From: a phage
DNA: 40,116 nt
Strand: one strand, 5' to 3'
Assembly: GCA_011944185.1 (NCBI GenBank)
Contig: GCA_011944185.1_3921.1
In this document: positions 14,846 through 30,745 of the stretch, one piece after another
How positions within the stretch are numbered: position 1 is the stretch's first letter
Layout of the letters: every line of letters starts with the position of its first letter
The notes under the pieces: generated by a model
Databases searched by the model: none
Told to the model about the DNA's origin: nothing
The model's input: the letters and a program-made list of their open reading frames with translations, nothing else
Translations under genes and position numbers: made by a program

Positions 14846-16198
14846 ATGTGGAATCCAATTGTTAATGTAGATATTACATTGAACACCGCAGGAACTACAA
14901 GAGAAGGTTTTGGGCTACCACTATTTTTAGCTTCAACAGATAACTTTGAAGAAAGAGTCCGTGGTTACACTTCCTTAACTGAAGTTGCTGAAGATTTCGA
15001 TGAAAACTCTGCTGCATATAAGGCTGCTAAACAACTTTGGAGTCAGACTCCTAAAGTAACTCAGCTTTATATTGGTAGACGTGCTATGCAGTACACTGTA
15101 TCAATTCCTGATGAGGTTACTGAGAGCACCGACTATTCTTTAACTGTAGCTGTGAGCGGTGGAGTTTCTCAGCCATTCCAGTACACTTCACAGTCAGAAG
15201 ATACTGCTGAGAAGGTGCTACAGCAGCTTAAAACTCAGATTGAAGCAGAGCCTTCTGTAAAAGACCTTGTTACCGTCAATGTAACTGGTGCTGGTGGTTC
15301 AGCAACAATGGTAATCACCAAAGCGGGTGACAATGACTTCGTGAAGGTTACCACTACAGCACAAACAGTGTCAATTGCAAGTACAACTGCTGACACAGCA
15401 TCGACTGCTCTGGCAGCTATTGAGGCTTATTCAACTGACTGGTATTTCATTGCAGCAGAAGATAGAACTCAACAGTTTGTCTTAGCAATGGCTTCTGAGA
15501 TTCAAGCTCGTAAGAAGATTTTCTTTACAGCTAACTCTGATGTAACAGCCCTACAAGGCACAGAATTAGCCAGTGCAAATGATGTTCCAGCACAGCTTGT
15601 TAAGAGTCAGTACACTCGTACCGTTTGCTTGTGGCATCACACAGCAGCAGAAGACTATCCAGAAATGGCATACATTGCTTATGGCGCTCCGTATGATGCA
15701 GGTTCAATTGCTTGGGGTAACGCACAGTTAACTGGCGTAGCTGCTTCTCTACAGCCATCTAATCAGAGACCTCTGACAAGTATTCAGAAGTCAGCTTTAG
15801 ATGCACGTCACTGTAACTTTATTGACCTTGATGGTGGTGTTCCAGTGGTTCGTAGAGGGATTACTTCTGGTGGGGAATGGATTGATATCATCCGTGGTGT
15901 TGACTGGTTAGAATCAGACCTGAAAACTTCTCTGAGAGACTTGCTAATTAACCAGAAGGGTGGTAAGATTACTTATGATGATACTGGTATTACCCGTATT
16001 CGTCAAGTCATTGAAACCTCTCTGCAAAGAGCAGTCAACAGAAACTTCCTGTCATCTTACACAGTTAATGTTCCTAAAGCCTCTCAAGTTGCTTTGGCAG
16101 ACAAGAAAGCTCGTATCCTGAAAGACGTTACCTTCGCAGGTATCTTAGCAGGGGCTATCTTGGATGTTGACTTGAAAGGTACAGTGGCTTACGAATAA
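14846..16198 (+). CDS. tail sheath protein (contractile tail)
   Basis: 450 aa; sheath-like N-terminus (GFGLPLFLASTDNFEE); followed by a small tube-sized ORF, chaperones and tape measure in P2/Mu order. Confidence 0.6.
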   Translation: MWNPIVNVDITLNTAGTTREGFGLPLFLASTDNFEERVRGYTSLTEVAEDFDENSAAYKAAKQLWSQTPKVTQLYIGRRAMQYTVSIPDEVTESTDYSLTVAVSGGVSQPFQYTSQSEDTAEKVLQQLKTQIEAEPSVKDLVTVNVTGAGGSATMVITKAGDNDFVKVTTTAQTVSIASTTADTASTALAAIEAYSTDWYFIAAEDRTQQFVLAMASEIQARKKIFFTANSDVTALQGTELASANDVPAQLVKSQYTRTVCLWHHTAAEDYPEMAYIAYGAPYDAGSIAWGNAQLTGVAASLQPSNQRPLTSIQKSALDARHCNFIDLDGGVPVVRRGITSGGEWIDIIRGVDWLESDLKTSLRDLLINQKGGKITYDDTGITRIRQVIETSLQRAVNRNFLSSYTVNVPKASQVALADKKARILKDVTFAGILAGAILDVDLKGTVAYE

Positions 16199-16213
16199 TA
16201 GAGGTAAATTGGA

Positions 16214-16660
16214 ATGGCTATGTATCAGCAATATTCCCCTAAAGACGTTGTGTGTAGCTGGAATGGTATTGCTATTGAAGGCTTTGCCCCAGACTCATTC
16301 TTACGTCTACAGAGAACATCACCACTTGTGACACCAGTTGTAGGTGCAGGTGGTCAAGTTGCTCTGACAAGAAATGCAGACAAGACAGGTACTATTGAGA
16401 TTGAGCTAATGCAGACTTCTCTCTCTAACCAGATGCTTTCTGCAATTCAAGCTAAACAAGACAATATGGAACTTGAAGAAGATATCTCTTCTAACTTCGT
16501 AATCTACGACCCATCAGGCTCTGTTCTGGCAACTGGTATTAATGCTTGGTTGCAGGAATTACCACAGATTGAACTTGGTCGTGACCAGAACTCTAAGACT
16601 TGGATTTTTGGTTGTGAGAAGCTAGACTACACTTCTACAATTCCAGCGTCAAGTGTTTAA
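16214..16660 (+). CDS. tail tube protein
   Basis: 148 aa; position after the sheath gene; followed by a terminator. Confidence 0.55.
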   Translation: MAMYQQYSPKDVVCSWNGIAIEGFAPDSFLRLQRTSPLVTPVVGAGGQVALTRNADKTGTIEIELMQTSLSNQMLSAIQAKQDNMELEEDISSNFVIYDPSGSVLATGINAWLQELPQIELGRDQNSKTWIFGCEKLDYTSTIPASSV

Positions 16661-16672
16661 TAAATCCTATAA

Positions 16673-16706
16673 GGGGGAGACTTTAAAAGGTCTTCCCCTT
16701 TTTTGT
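16673..16706 (+). terminator. rho-independent terminator (probable attenuator after sheath/tube)
   Basis: 9-bp stem 16673-16681/16690-16698 with an 8-nt loop, then TTTTTTGT. Confidence 0.55.
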
Positions 16707-16733
16707 TTCTTTTAAAAATATTAAGGAATCACA

Positions 16734-17132
16734 ATGAAAACAGAATCTAGAGTAATTAATGGTAAGAAAGTAAATATCGTTCTGCTTGGGGCAAGAGATG
16801 GTATTAAGATGTCTATGAAGTTGGGTAAAATTGTTGTTCCAACCTTTGCACAGATGCTGTCAAGTCTGACTGATAAAGACAAGAAAGAAGCTCCAATGGT
16901 TCCATTTAAAGAACTTGTTGAAGCTTGTTTTGACAGAATTGAAGAAATTAACCTTGAAGAAATGGCTACCTTACTATTTCAAGGGGCGACTGTTGATGAC
17001 TTCCCACTAAATATTGATACCTACTTCCAAGCAAACTACGGTGAATTTATTGATTACTTAGCATTTGCGCTGGAGGCAAACTTCGGAAGTTTTTTCGAAG
17101 CAAGCATTTTCAAAAGCCTAACTTCTCAGTAA
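16734..17132 (+). CDS. tail assembly chaperone (gpG/gpE-like)
   Basis: 132-aa ORF immediately upstream of the tape measure gene; contains slippery heptamer T_TTT_TTC at 17090-17096. Confidence 0.6.
   Translation: MKTESRVINGKKVNIVLLGARDGIKMSMKLGKIVVPTFAQMLSSLTDKDKKEAPMVPFKELVEACFDRIEEINLEEMATLLFQGATVDDFPLNIDTYFQANYGEFIDYLAFALEANFGSFFEASIFKSLTSQ
17090..17096 (+). promoter_or_regulatory. programmed -1 ribosomal frameshift slippery site (TTTTTTC)
   Basis: X_XXY_YYZ heptamer in the 0 frame of the chaperone gene, about 35 nt before its stop. Confidence 0.5.
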
Positions 17133-17134
17133 AC

Positions 17135-17373
17135 ATGGGTAACACTCTACAGACACCACTGACTGATGCTGCTGTAGAGGCAACCTATGAAGAAGCAGAC
17201 GAGATGAAATTTGTGCTTGCTATTTATGGTATGGAAGGGTGTAAAGAAACACTTGACCAACTCTTTGCTATGACATTCTCTGATTTATTATCATTGAGAC
17301 AATTTCTTGAGATTCAGAGGTCGTATAAAGAGGAAATTGCTTACAACGAACTTAGAAGAGCAGGAAAAATGTA

Positions 17374-17374
<1 letters not shown>
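17135..17374 (+). CDS. tail assembly chaperone frameshift extension (gpGT/gpE+E'-like), reached by -1 frameshift from 16734
   Basis: ORF is in the -1 frame relative to 16734..17132; the -1 frame is open from the slippery site at 17090 through 17374. Confidence 0.55.
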
Positions 17375-22758
<5,384 letters not shown>

Positions 22759-22759
<1 letters not shown>

Positions 22760-24228
22760 TGGCAGGACTAACTACAACAGGATTACAAACTCTAAGATAT
22801 CAGGAGATTTTTGATAATATCAAATCAAGACTTCTTAGAGATATTTCACCAAACCTTGACGTCTCTGAAGACAGTCAATTAGGTCTCTTCCTAGCTTCAA
22901 TTGCAAGGTCTTTAGCAGATACTCATGAGATTCTATCAGAAATCTACGATGGGGGTACAATTGATAAGGCTGAAGGCTTTAACCTTGATGATATTACAGC
23001 TTTAAATGCGGTATACAGATACGTTGCTCAGGCAACAAGAGGTCAAGTTGAGTTTACTGGAACTACTGGTGCTACCATTCCTTCAACAACAAGATTAAGA
23101 AGTACTGCCGGAAACATCTTTTATCCAGTTAATAACATTACTCTTACTCCATCATATTGTGTTGAAGCTACCCTTGAAGTTAACTCTTTACGAACTGATG
23201 CAGATTATGTTATTATTATTGATAACGTCATTTTCTCATATAAACCAACCTCATTAGATACAATCACCACGCTGCTAACAAAATTAGCAGAAGCTATTAA
23301 TGGTGGTATTGTAGCAAAAGCAGAAGTCATTAATGATGGAGCCGCATTAAGAGTCTATAAAGATGAAGGTGATATCATTGCAAGAACAAACCCTATGGTT
23401 GTCACTGCAACAACGTTTCTGACCTTTACAAAGATTACAACTATCTCAGATGTAGTAGCTGAAGAGGTTGGTGCTATTCCTGCTTTAGCTGGAACTCTTA
23501 TTGAGATTGAGACAACTGTTGATGGTCTTGACAGCATCTATAACAGGTATGACTTAACGACTGGTAGAAACGAAGAAACTGACACAGAACTTAGACAGAG
23601 ATATTTAGAATCCTTAGCAGTTACTGGTGTAGGGACTTTGGATGCAATTGTAGCTGCTGTTAAAAGAGTTCAAGGTGTCTCAGATGCTTCAGGTGTTGAG
23701 AATGATACTGAAGAGACAAACTCAGAAGGTCTTCCACCAAAATCTTTTAAGATTGTTGTAGTTGGTGGTCAAAATGATAATGTTGCTCAAGCAATCTGGG
23801 ATACAAAACCTGCTGGTATCAGGGCTTATGGCTCAATTTTTGGTACAGCCTATGATTTAGGTGGTCTGGCACATAATATCTATTTTAGCAGACCAACACC
23901 AAAATACGCATTTGTTAAGGTGTCTTACTCATTATATGACGAAGAAAGTTTGACAATCCCTGAAGAAGATATCAGAGATAGTATTGTGCAAGGTATTAAC
24001 GCCTACGGAAGAACTCTTAAGGTTGGTAATGATGTTATCCCTAACAGAATTTATGGGTACATCTATGACGTAATCAAAGGTATTGAGATTAATGAGGTGA
24101 AAGTAGCATTATCAAACAGCCAATCAGTTCCACCTAGTGACGGACAATATACTACAGCAAGAATTACTGTTGACGGTGACCAATATACTGTTTGGGAAAG
24201 TAGCCAGTATACCATCACTAAGGAGTAA
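22759..24228 (+). CDS. baseplate J-like protein
   Basis: 489 aa; position and size in a Mu/P2-like baseplate order. Confidence 0.5.
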
Positions 24229-24230
24229 TA

Positions 24231-25085
24231 ATGTTTGAAAAGATTGATAGTGTTTATTATAAAACACTTGATGAAAGGACTGTAACACAGTTTAAAGATA
24301 AATTTATCTATACAAGTATCTTGAAAGCAATCACTGATGAGCTACAAACACTAGAGGATGTTTGCTGGCAGATGCACACAGAGAGAAATATCAGGACGTC
24401 AGTAGGTCAACAACTTGATAATATTGGCTCACTGATTAAAGTTCCTAGACCTTTAGGTGCTGATGATGAAACATACAGAGCTATGCTTTATATCCAAATC
24501 TTCCTAAGACGTTCTGATACTACTCCAACATTCTTGCAAAAAGCAATTATGACATTGTATGGTGCAACTTTCTCTCAGATTTTTGAGCATATTACTCCTA
24601 AGACTGGTGGTATCGTTATCCGTATTAATACTAGAAAAAGCGTTCTTGATGCTGCATATACACTGTCAAAGATTTCTGCAACAACCACTGGTTCCGCTGT
24701 TATCTTAAGAGATGTTACTTTAAATGGGACTGCTTGGACACCTGTAGAGGTTGCTGATTCATCACTTGCTATTGTTGATGATAAAGAGAACTGGTTTGTA
24801 ACTGATGCTAACAGAGGTCTGGTCACAAATAACACTGGTGGCTCTCTGGAGTCCAACCTAGTAGGGAGTCTTACAGATGCTGGTGTTATTGATGGTTACT
24901 TTAAGGTTGACAGAACAGCAAACTCACAGAGCGATGATTATATGACTGTAGATAGGTCTAATAAGAGTGGTTATTTCATCGTTGGTAAAGAAGCTATTGC
25001 AGGTGGTGCATACGGAATCATGGCTGAGGTTGCACAAATTGTCAAAGGCAGAAAAGATAAATCACAACAAGAAGGAAATTCTTAA
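24231..25085 (+). CDS. baseplate/tail-fibre attachment protein (gpI-like, tentative)
   Basis: 284-aa ORF between the J-like gene and the fibre genes. Confidence 0.4.
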   Translation: MFEKIDSVYYKTLDERTVTQFKDKFIYTSILKAITDELQTLEDVCWQMHTERNIRTSVGQQLDNIGSLIKVPRPLGADDETYRAMLYIQIFLRRSDTTPTFLQKAIMTLYGATFSQIFEHITPKTGGIVIRINTRKSVLDAAYTLSKISATTTGSAVILRDVTLNGTAWTPVEVADSSLAIVDDKENWFVTDANRGLVTNNTGGSLESNLVGSLTDAGVIDGYFKVDRTANSQSDDYMTVDRSNKSGYFIVGKEAIAGGAYGIMAEVAQIVKGRKDKSQQEGNS

Positions 25086-25387
25086 TGGCAGTTCTAAATT
25101 GGTCTACAAACGAAGTAGATACTGATGGTAATCAGTTAAAAGTTTTACCACCACCGGAAGTTCAAGAGACAGGTCTTTTAAAGGGTGAGCCTATGGGTAG
25201 GCAGTGGTTCAACTATATTATCAACTACCTGCTGAATAAAGTAAATGGCACTGTTGGTGAAGTTCGTTCATATGCAACTGAGCAACCAGATTTAGTGGCT
25301 AATGGCTGGAACCTCATTAAGTCTGAGACAGGGACTGCATCAACAAGTACAAGAAACCTTTACACATATGAATATGTAGGAGCTTAA
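25085..25387 (+). CDS. hypothetical tail protein (100 aa)
   Basis: coupled ORF upstream of the tail fibre gene. Confidence 0.4.
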   Translation: MAVLNWSTNEVDTDGNQLKVLPPPEVQETGLLKGEPMGRQWFNYIINYLLNKVNGTVGEVRSYATEQPDLVANGWNLIKSETGTASTSTRNLYTYEYVGA

Positions 25388-25389
25388 TA

Positions 25390-26565
25390 ATGGCAGTAGG
25401 TGAAATTCAAATTAGTGCCTTGCCACAAGCGGCCTTACCAATTGATTTGAGTGATATCTTCCACCTTAAGCAAGGTGTTGAGGATAAAAGATGTACGCTT
25501 GAGCAGTTGTTAGCACCTCACGCATCTCTGAGGAATAATCCTCATGGTGTAACTAAATCACAAGTGGGTCTTGATAATGTTATTAACTCTCTTCAATTAG
25601 TTGCAGCTAATAACTTGTCAGACATTGTGAATGTTGCTGAGGCAAGAGCAAATCTACAAATTATGTCGTCAGAGGAAGTGAATAACTTAATTCAGCAACA
25701 TATTGACGACAAAAGTAACCCACACAATACAACGAAAGCACAGGTTGGTTTAAGTAATGTTCAGAACTGGACAACATCTAATCTGTACAATGAAGATGCT
25801 GATAAGTATGCTACAGCGAGAGCAGTGAATAACTTATACAAAGCTATCCAAGCATCATATCCAGTGGGGACTATTCATCTGTCTGTTAACTCTGCTAACC
25901 CATCCACTTACTTGCTTTGTGGTGGCACTTGGGAGTTAGTTTCTAAAGGTAGGGCACTAGTTGGTTATGATACAGATTCTAGACCTGTTGGTTCAATGTT
26001 TGGTTCTCAGACTGTAGCATTAACAAATAATAATTTACCAGCACATACTCACTCTATCTACCTAACAGGTGGTGGTCATACACACTCTGCAAGTGTATCT
26101 ATCTCTAGTTTTGATTATGGTTCAAAAAGCACATCAACTTTTGATTACGGTACAAAAACGACTAATAGTGCTGGTGCTCACACTCACACGTTTAGTGGCA
26201 CAACAAGTAATGCTGGTAACCACAACCATAGAGTTCCTATGAGGGGTAATGATAGGGGTGGCACAAATGCTATTACTGCATCTGCTGATGCTGGTGTTGG
26301 TAATGCTATGTATACTGATTTAGCTGGTGCTCACACCCATAGCTTCTCAGGTACAACTGCATCATCTGGTGCTCATAGTCATACTGTCGCAATTGGTGCT
26401 CACAGCCACACTGTTAATATTGGTTCGCACAGTCATACAGGCACTGTTACTGTTTCTAGCTCTGAGCATACACACTCAGGGACAACTGGTTCTGTTGGTG
26501 GTGGTCAAGCATTCAGTGTTGAGCAGCCATCTTTTGTAGTGTATGTGTGGCAGAGAACAGCTTAA
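25390..26565 (+). CDS. tail fibre protein with HxH repeats
   Basis: repeats NPHGVTKSQVGLDNV / NPHNTTKAQVGLSNV; C-terminal domain rich in HTHS, NHNH, AHSHTV, SHSHTG motifs; C-terminus ...VWQRTA. Confidence 0.8.
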   Translation: MAVGEIQISALPQAALPIDLSDIFHLKQGVEDKRCTLEQLLAPHASLRNNPHGVTKSQVGLDNVINSLQLVAANNLSDIVNVAEARANLQIMSSEEVNNLIQQHIDDKSNPHNTTKAQVGLSNVQNWTTSNLYNEDADKYATARAVNNLYKAIQASYPVGTIHLSVNSANPSTYLLCGGTWELVSKGRALVGYDTDSRPVGSMFGSQTVALTNNNLPAHTHSIYLTGGGHTHSASVSISSFDYGSKSTSTFDYGTKTTNSAGAHTHTFSGTTSNAGNHNHRVPMRGNDRGGTNAITASADAGVGNAMYTDLAGAHTHSFSGTTASSGAHSHTVAIGAHSHTVNIGSHSHTGTVTVSSSEHTHSGTTGSVGGGQAFSVEQPSFVVYVWQRTA

Positions 26566-26575
26566 TTTCTTTACA

Positions 26576-26595
26576 GGGGCTTTATAGCCCCTTTT
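26576..26595 (+). terminator. stem-loop after the first tail fibre gene (weak terminator)
   Basis: ggggct-ttat-agcccc followed by TTTT. Confidence 0.4.
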
Positions 26596-26611
26596 AAGAG
26601 GAAAACTTATA

Positions 26612-29161
26612 ATGGCAGATTACAAATTGAGTCAATTAAACTCAATCGACACAATTCGTTCAGAAGACCTATTGCACATCAGAGTTAAGAAAAGACCTGA
26701 AATGTTGGGTGACGAAGACCGTAGAATGACCTATCAAGACTTCTTAGCTTCCTTCAAACTAGAAAGGTTTGTTCAGATTGCTGGGAGTAATATGACTGGG
26801 GATTTAGGTATTGTCAAGTTACTTTACGGTGGTAAGGCAGTGTTTGACCCAACAGGTTCTTCTGAGATTACTATTGGGGATGTTTTAAAGACTTTTAAAC
26901 TTAATGCAAGTGGTCTTAAACTCACTATTGCAGACTCTTCAAGGTCAGCAACTGTTTATCATACTCTGAATAAGCCAAGCCCTAATGAGCTTGGTATGAG
27001 AACTAATGAAGAGAATGATGCAAGATACGCAAGACTTGCTATCACAAACACATTCTCTGGAACTCAAAATATTCAAGGTGATGCTAACTTACTTCGCCTT
27101 AGAAACCAAAATGCAAATAATGCACAATATATTGAAGGTGTAAACCTAGATGGTTCGGCTAGATGGTGGGTTGGTATTGGTAGTAATGGCTCTGACGAAG
27201 TAAAGCTGTACAATAACAAATACAACTCAGCCTTGACTGTTGCAAGTAATGTCTCTGTTAATAAGTCTTTAGCAATTACTGGTCAAGTTCAACCTTCGGA
27301 TTTCTCTAACTTAGATGCTAGATACTTTACTCAGACAGTTGCTAATCAGAGATTTGCACAGTTAACTGCCAATAATAATTTTACTGGCACTAACACGTTT
27401 AGCAGAAATCTAACCATCATCAGTGACAGTGCTGCTTTAAGGTTGAAAAATGCAACAGCTAGCTCACTATTCATTCAGGGTGTTGACTCTCAGAACACTA
27501 ACAGGTGGTATGTAGGGAACGGGGATAACACAGCCTCTGTGCTGCTACACAACTATGTACACGGTTCAAATATCAGGCTTGATAATGGCTATATCTCAGT
27601 CAACCAGAACTTCAGAATCACTGGTCAAGTTCAACCTTCGGATTGGACTAATATTGACTCTAGATATATTCCGGCAGCAACATTAAGTACGATTGCAAGA
27701 ACTAATGCAAGGAATACTTTTAATGGTGTACAGACAGTTGTTACGGATAATGAAGGTCTGATTGTTAAAAACTCTACTCAGAATAGACCATTATATATTC
27801 GTGGTGTGGACACTACTAATGTATCAAGATGGTGGATTGGTGTTGGTGGTGCTGACACGAATGATGTTACCCTAAATAACAGTTATTCTGGAACCCAATT
27901 GGTTCTCGGGAATACAACATCATACATTAACAAAACATTGACTATTGCTGGACAAGTTCAACCTTCAGATTTCTCTAACTTAGATGCTAGATACTTTACG
28001 CAAAGTGCTAGTGATAGTAGATACCTAAGAATCAGAAGCACTAGCTTCAATGTGGGAAACACTGATAAGTGGGCTAAAATTGCCACTGTTGTGATGCCAC
28101 AATCAGCATCCACTGCTGTTATTGAGGTATTTGGTGGGTCAGGTTTTAATATTAATACACCAAACCAAGCAGGTAAATGTGAAATTGTTCTGCGAACTTC
28201 AAATAACAATCCAAAGGGCTTAAATGTTGTTGCTTGGAGAACATCAGAGAACACCATTGTCAGGGATATTGGTTATGTGAATACTTCTGGAGACACCTAT
28301 GATATTTACTATCTTGCTGGTACGTATCAAAACAGCACAACGACAAGGGTTCAGTCTTCTAGTAATGCAAGTGTACAGTTGTTTGAAGTCCCACAGACAT
28401 TTGATGATGCTCCACAAGGTATTGTGAAGGGTACAATTGCAAAATACTACACGAGTTTGCAAAAACCAACCCCTTCAGATATTGGTGCATACACTAAAGC
28501 AGAAACTGACCAGAAGATTGCAGAAGCAATTAGTGACTCTACAGACCTGAATAAAATCTATCCAGTAGGTATTGTAACGTGGTTTAACAGTAATGTTAAC
28601 CCTAATACAGCACTTCCTGGGTTAACTTGGACGTACCTGAATAATGGTGTTGGTAGAACTATTAGAATTGCAGCAGCAAACGGTTCAGATGTTGCTACAA
28701 CTGGTGGTTCAGACTCTGTAACGCTGTCTGTTGGTAACTTACCTTCACACACGCACAGCTTCTCTGCTACTACTTCATCATTTGACTATGGTACTAAGAC
28801 TTCTAGCACAACTGGTAACCACAACCACAACAGAGGTACTATGGAGATTACTGGTTCATTTGGTTACTTCAGAAGTGACGCTAGTAGCTTCTACACAGCA
28901 AGTGGTGCATTCTACCTCGGTAGTCAGGCAGGTTCTAAAGGGTATACTGGTAACAACTTCACTAATGGTATCCCTGTCAACTTCAACGCATCAAGAAACT
29001 GGTCTGGTGTAACGAATACAACAGGTAACCACAGCCACACTGTTGGTATTGGTGCTCACAGCCACACAGTTAGCGGTAACACAGGTGGTACTGGTTCTGG
29101 TTCAGCATTTAGTGTTACTAACCAGTTCTATAAGTTAATGGCTTGGGTAAGAACTGCTTAA
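26612..29161 (+). CDS. long tail fibre protein with internal tandem repeats and HxH-repeat C-terminal domain
   Basis: 849 aa; three copies of ITGQVQPSD(F/W)(S/T)N(L/I)D(A/S)RY; C-terminus paralogous to 25390..26565 (NLPSHTHSF, SSFDYGTKTS, GNHNHN, GAHSHTV, ...WVRTA). Confidence 0.8.
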   Translation: MADYKLSQLNSIDTIRSEDLLHIRVKKRPEMLGDEDRRMTYQDFLASFKLERFVQIAGSNMTGDLGIVKLLYGGKAVFDPTGSSEITIGDVLKTFKLNASGLKLTIADSSRSATVYHTLNKPSPNELGMRTNEENDARYARLAITNTFSGTQNIQGDANLLRLRNQNANNAQYIEGVNLDGSARWWVGIGSNGSDEVKLYNNKYNSALTVASNVSVNKSLAITGQVQPSDFSNLDARYFTQTVANQRFAQLTANNNFTGTNTFSRNLTIISDSAALRLKNATASSLFIQGVDSQNTNRWYVGNGDNTASVLLHNYVHGSNIRLDNGYISVNQNFRITGQVQPSDWTNIDSRYIPAATLSTIARTNARNTFNGVQTVVTDNEGLIVKNSTQNRPLYIRGVDTTNVSRWWIGVGGADTNDVTLNNSYSGTQLVLGNTTSYINKTLTIAGQVQPSDFSNLDARYFTQSASDSRYLRIRSTSFNVGNTDKWAKIATVVMPQSASTAVIEVFGGSGFNINTPNQAGKCEIVLRTSNNNPKGLNVVAWRTSENTIVRDIGYVNTSGDTYDIYYLAGTYQNSTTTRVQSSSNASVQLFEVPQTFDDAPQGIVKGTIAKYYTSLQKPTPSDIGAYTKAETDQKIAEAISDSTDLNKIYPVGIVTWFNSNVNPNTALPGLTWTYLNNGVGRTIRIAAANGSDVATTGGSDSVTLSVGNLPSHTHSFSATTSSFDYGTKTSSTTGNHNHNRGTMEITGSFGYFRSDASSFYTASGAFYLGSQAGSKGYTGNNFTNGIPVNFNASRNWSGVTNTTGNHSHTVGIGAHSHTVSGNTGGTGSGSAFSVTNQFYKLMAWVRTA
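27281..27333 (+). repeat. intragenic direct repeat copy 1 (tail fibre)
   Basis: 53-nt segment nearly identical (3 mismatches) to 27950-28002; diverged copy at about 27623-27672. Confidence 0.7.
27950..28002 (+). repeat. intragenic direct repeat copy 3 (tail fibre)
   Basis: near-identical to 27281-27333. Confidence 0.7.
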
Positions 29162-29240
29162 TCCCTTGTTGACTGATTGTTAAGATGGTGTTAATATTCT
29201 TTATAGGTATTCTCACCATCTTGGCTGATGAGGTGATTAA

Positions 29241-29438
29241 ATGCCTACAATCCTAGCAATTCTTCTAAAAAATCTAGGTAGCTTCTTCTGGAAACTCATT
29301 TTATCCCTTTTAAGTGAATACATGATTGAGAAAGTGTTCTTTAAGCTTGCAAGATACCTTGCGAGTAAAACAGACACACCTATTGATGATGAGTTCGTAG
29401 ATAACTTAGAAAAAGCTTTTAAGGGGGAGAACAAATGA
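29241..29438 (+). CDS. small hydrophobic protein (65 aa), possible holin-like membrane protein
   Basis: hydrophobic N-terminal half ILAILLKNLGSFFWKLILSLL; position after the tail fibre genes. Confidence 0.35.
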   Translation: MPTILAILLKNLGSFFWKLILSLLSEYMIEKVFFKLARYLASKTDTPIDDEFVDNLEKAFKGENK

Positions 29439-29806
29439 AGTGGCTAGAGGATGCTTTTAAAAACAATATTGGTGCAATTGTAGTTGGTATTTTTAGTGTT
29501 ATTGGAATGTATACCACTATGCAAGTTTCAAGTGGTAAGCAAGAAGTATCTGTCACAACAAAGTTACAGCAGCTAGATAATTATTCCAAAAGTAACTATT
29601 CAGCTATTCGTGATTTACAGTCTGACATGAGACTGATTCAGCTAGGGATGGAGAACCAGAAAGTCCAGTTAGAGAATGTTAAGGGTGAGAATGCGAAACT
29701 TACCAAAACTCTTGATAAATTCTCTGACAGTGTGAACAATCTGGCCCAATCAGTATCAGCCTTGCAAGCTATTACTGAAAAGAACACAAAGAATACTGAA
29801 AAATAA
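29435..29806 (+). CDS. membrane-anchored coiled-coil protein (123 aa), possible spanin-like or fibre-associated
   Basis: N-terminal TM segment IGAIVVGIFSVIGMY followed by a heptad-like coiled-coil region. Confidence 0.35.
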   Translation: MKWLEDAFKNNIGAIVVGIFSVIGMYTTMQVSSGKQEVSVTTKLQQLDNYSKSNYSAIRDLQSDMRLIQLGMENQKVQLENVKGENAKLTKTLDKFSDSVNNLAQSVSALQAITEKNTKNTEK

Positions 29807-29814
29807 AATTTTAA

Positions 29815-29840
29815 GGCTCCCGTAAAAAGGAGCCTTTTTT
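29815..29840. terminator. bidirectional stem-loop terminator between convergent modules
   Basis: ggctcc-cgtaaaaa-ggagcc followed by TTTTTT on + and preceded by an A/T-rich run; located between the + gene ending 29806 and the - gene ending 29845. Confidence 0.55.
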
Positions 29841-29844
29841 GTTT

Positions 29845-30744
29845 TTACTTACCTACTGACAGGGGCGCTTCAATCTTCCCTGCATGTTGGTAGTTGTAAA
29901 TACCACCAATAAAATCACTTGCAGTAAGATGCTTCAAGTCACTTAAAGTATTAAGTGGTATGCCAATCTCAAAAGTGGGTGCATGAAACTCTTCATTGTT
30001 CATAAGCTCATAAACCTGTTTCATATGGTTCTGATAAATCTGAGTATCTCCAAAGACACCTATCAAGTACCGTGGAGTGTATCCAGTCATCTTACAAAGA
30101 ACTTCTAAGATGAAACCATAAGACGCAATATTAAACGGAAGTCCTAAAAAGGTGTCTACTGAACGTTGATACCACTGTAAGTCAACTTCACCTTCGTTAG
30201 TGATATAAATCTGAAACAGAACATGACAAGGTGCTAAAGCCATTGAGTTTGCTGCGATATCTGCTGCATTCCAAGCATTAACAAGCATGTAGCGGTCTGT
30301 AATATCACCCTTCATCTTCGTTACTAAGGTCTCTAACTGGTCTACAACACAACCATTATGACCTTCAAAGTTTCTCCACTGAACCCCGTAGATTCTCCCA
30401 CCTGCGTCATCTAACCAGTCTTGTTCAGAAGAATAATTAGAGCTTAACCAGCGTTTAAAATCATCTGACCAGATAGTCCAGCGTTCTCCATCATTTTCAT
30501 CCCAAGTGCGGTAACGGAGTTCACCCAGTTTATTCTCACCATTCAGGAACCATAAAGCTTCCCCAATAACTTGCCGTGTAAACACCTGTTTAGATGTTAA
30601 GAGCGGGAAACCAGTTCGCATATCAAAACGAAACTGAGGTGGAGCAAAAGCAGAGATAACATCTCCAGTTCGTGTAGTACGTAGTTCACCAACGGATAAA
30701 ACATGATTCAGGATATTTTTGTAACTTGTATCTGCTTGTGACAT
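29845..30744 (-). CDS. thyA: thymidylate synthase (ThyA family)
   Basis: catalytic-Cys motif ALAPCHVLFQ and DTFLGLPFNIASYGF; adjacent to DHFR. Confidence 0.8.
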   Translation of the reverse strand: MSQADTSYKNILNHVLSVGELRTTRTGDVISAFAPPQFRFDMRTGFPLLTSKQVFTRQVIGEALWFLNGENKLGELRYRTWDENDGERWTIWSDDFKRWLSSNYSSEQDWLDDAGGRIYGVQWRNFEGHNGCVVDQLETLVTKMKGDITDRYMLVNAWNAADIAANSMALAPCHVLFQIYITNEGEVDLQWYQRSVDTFLGLPFNIASYGFILEVLCKMTGYTPRYLIGVFGDTQIYQNHMKQVYELMNNEEFHAPTFEIGIPLNTLSDLKHLTASDFIGGIYNYQHAGKIEAPLSVGK

Positions 30745-30745
30745 A

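Noticed and set aside
26040-29100. CRISPR-like repeats
   Set aside because: The periodic repeats are in-frame codon repeats (HxH and fibre modules) inside long ORFs, with variable repeat units and no spacer structure.
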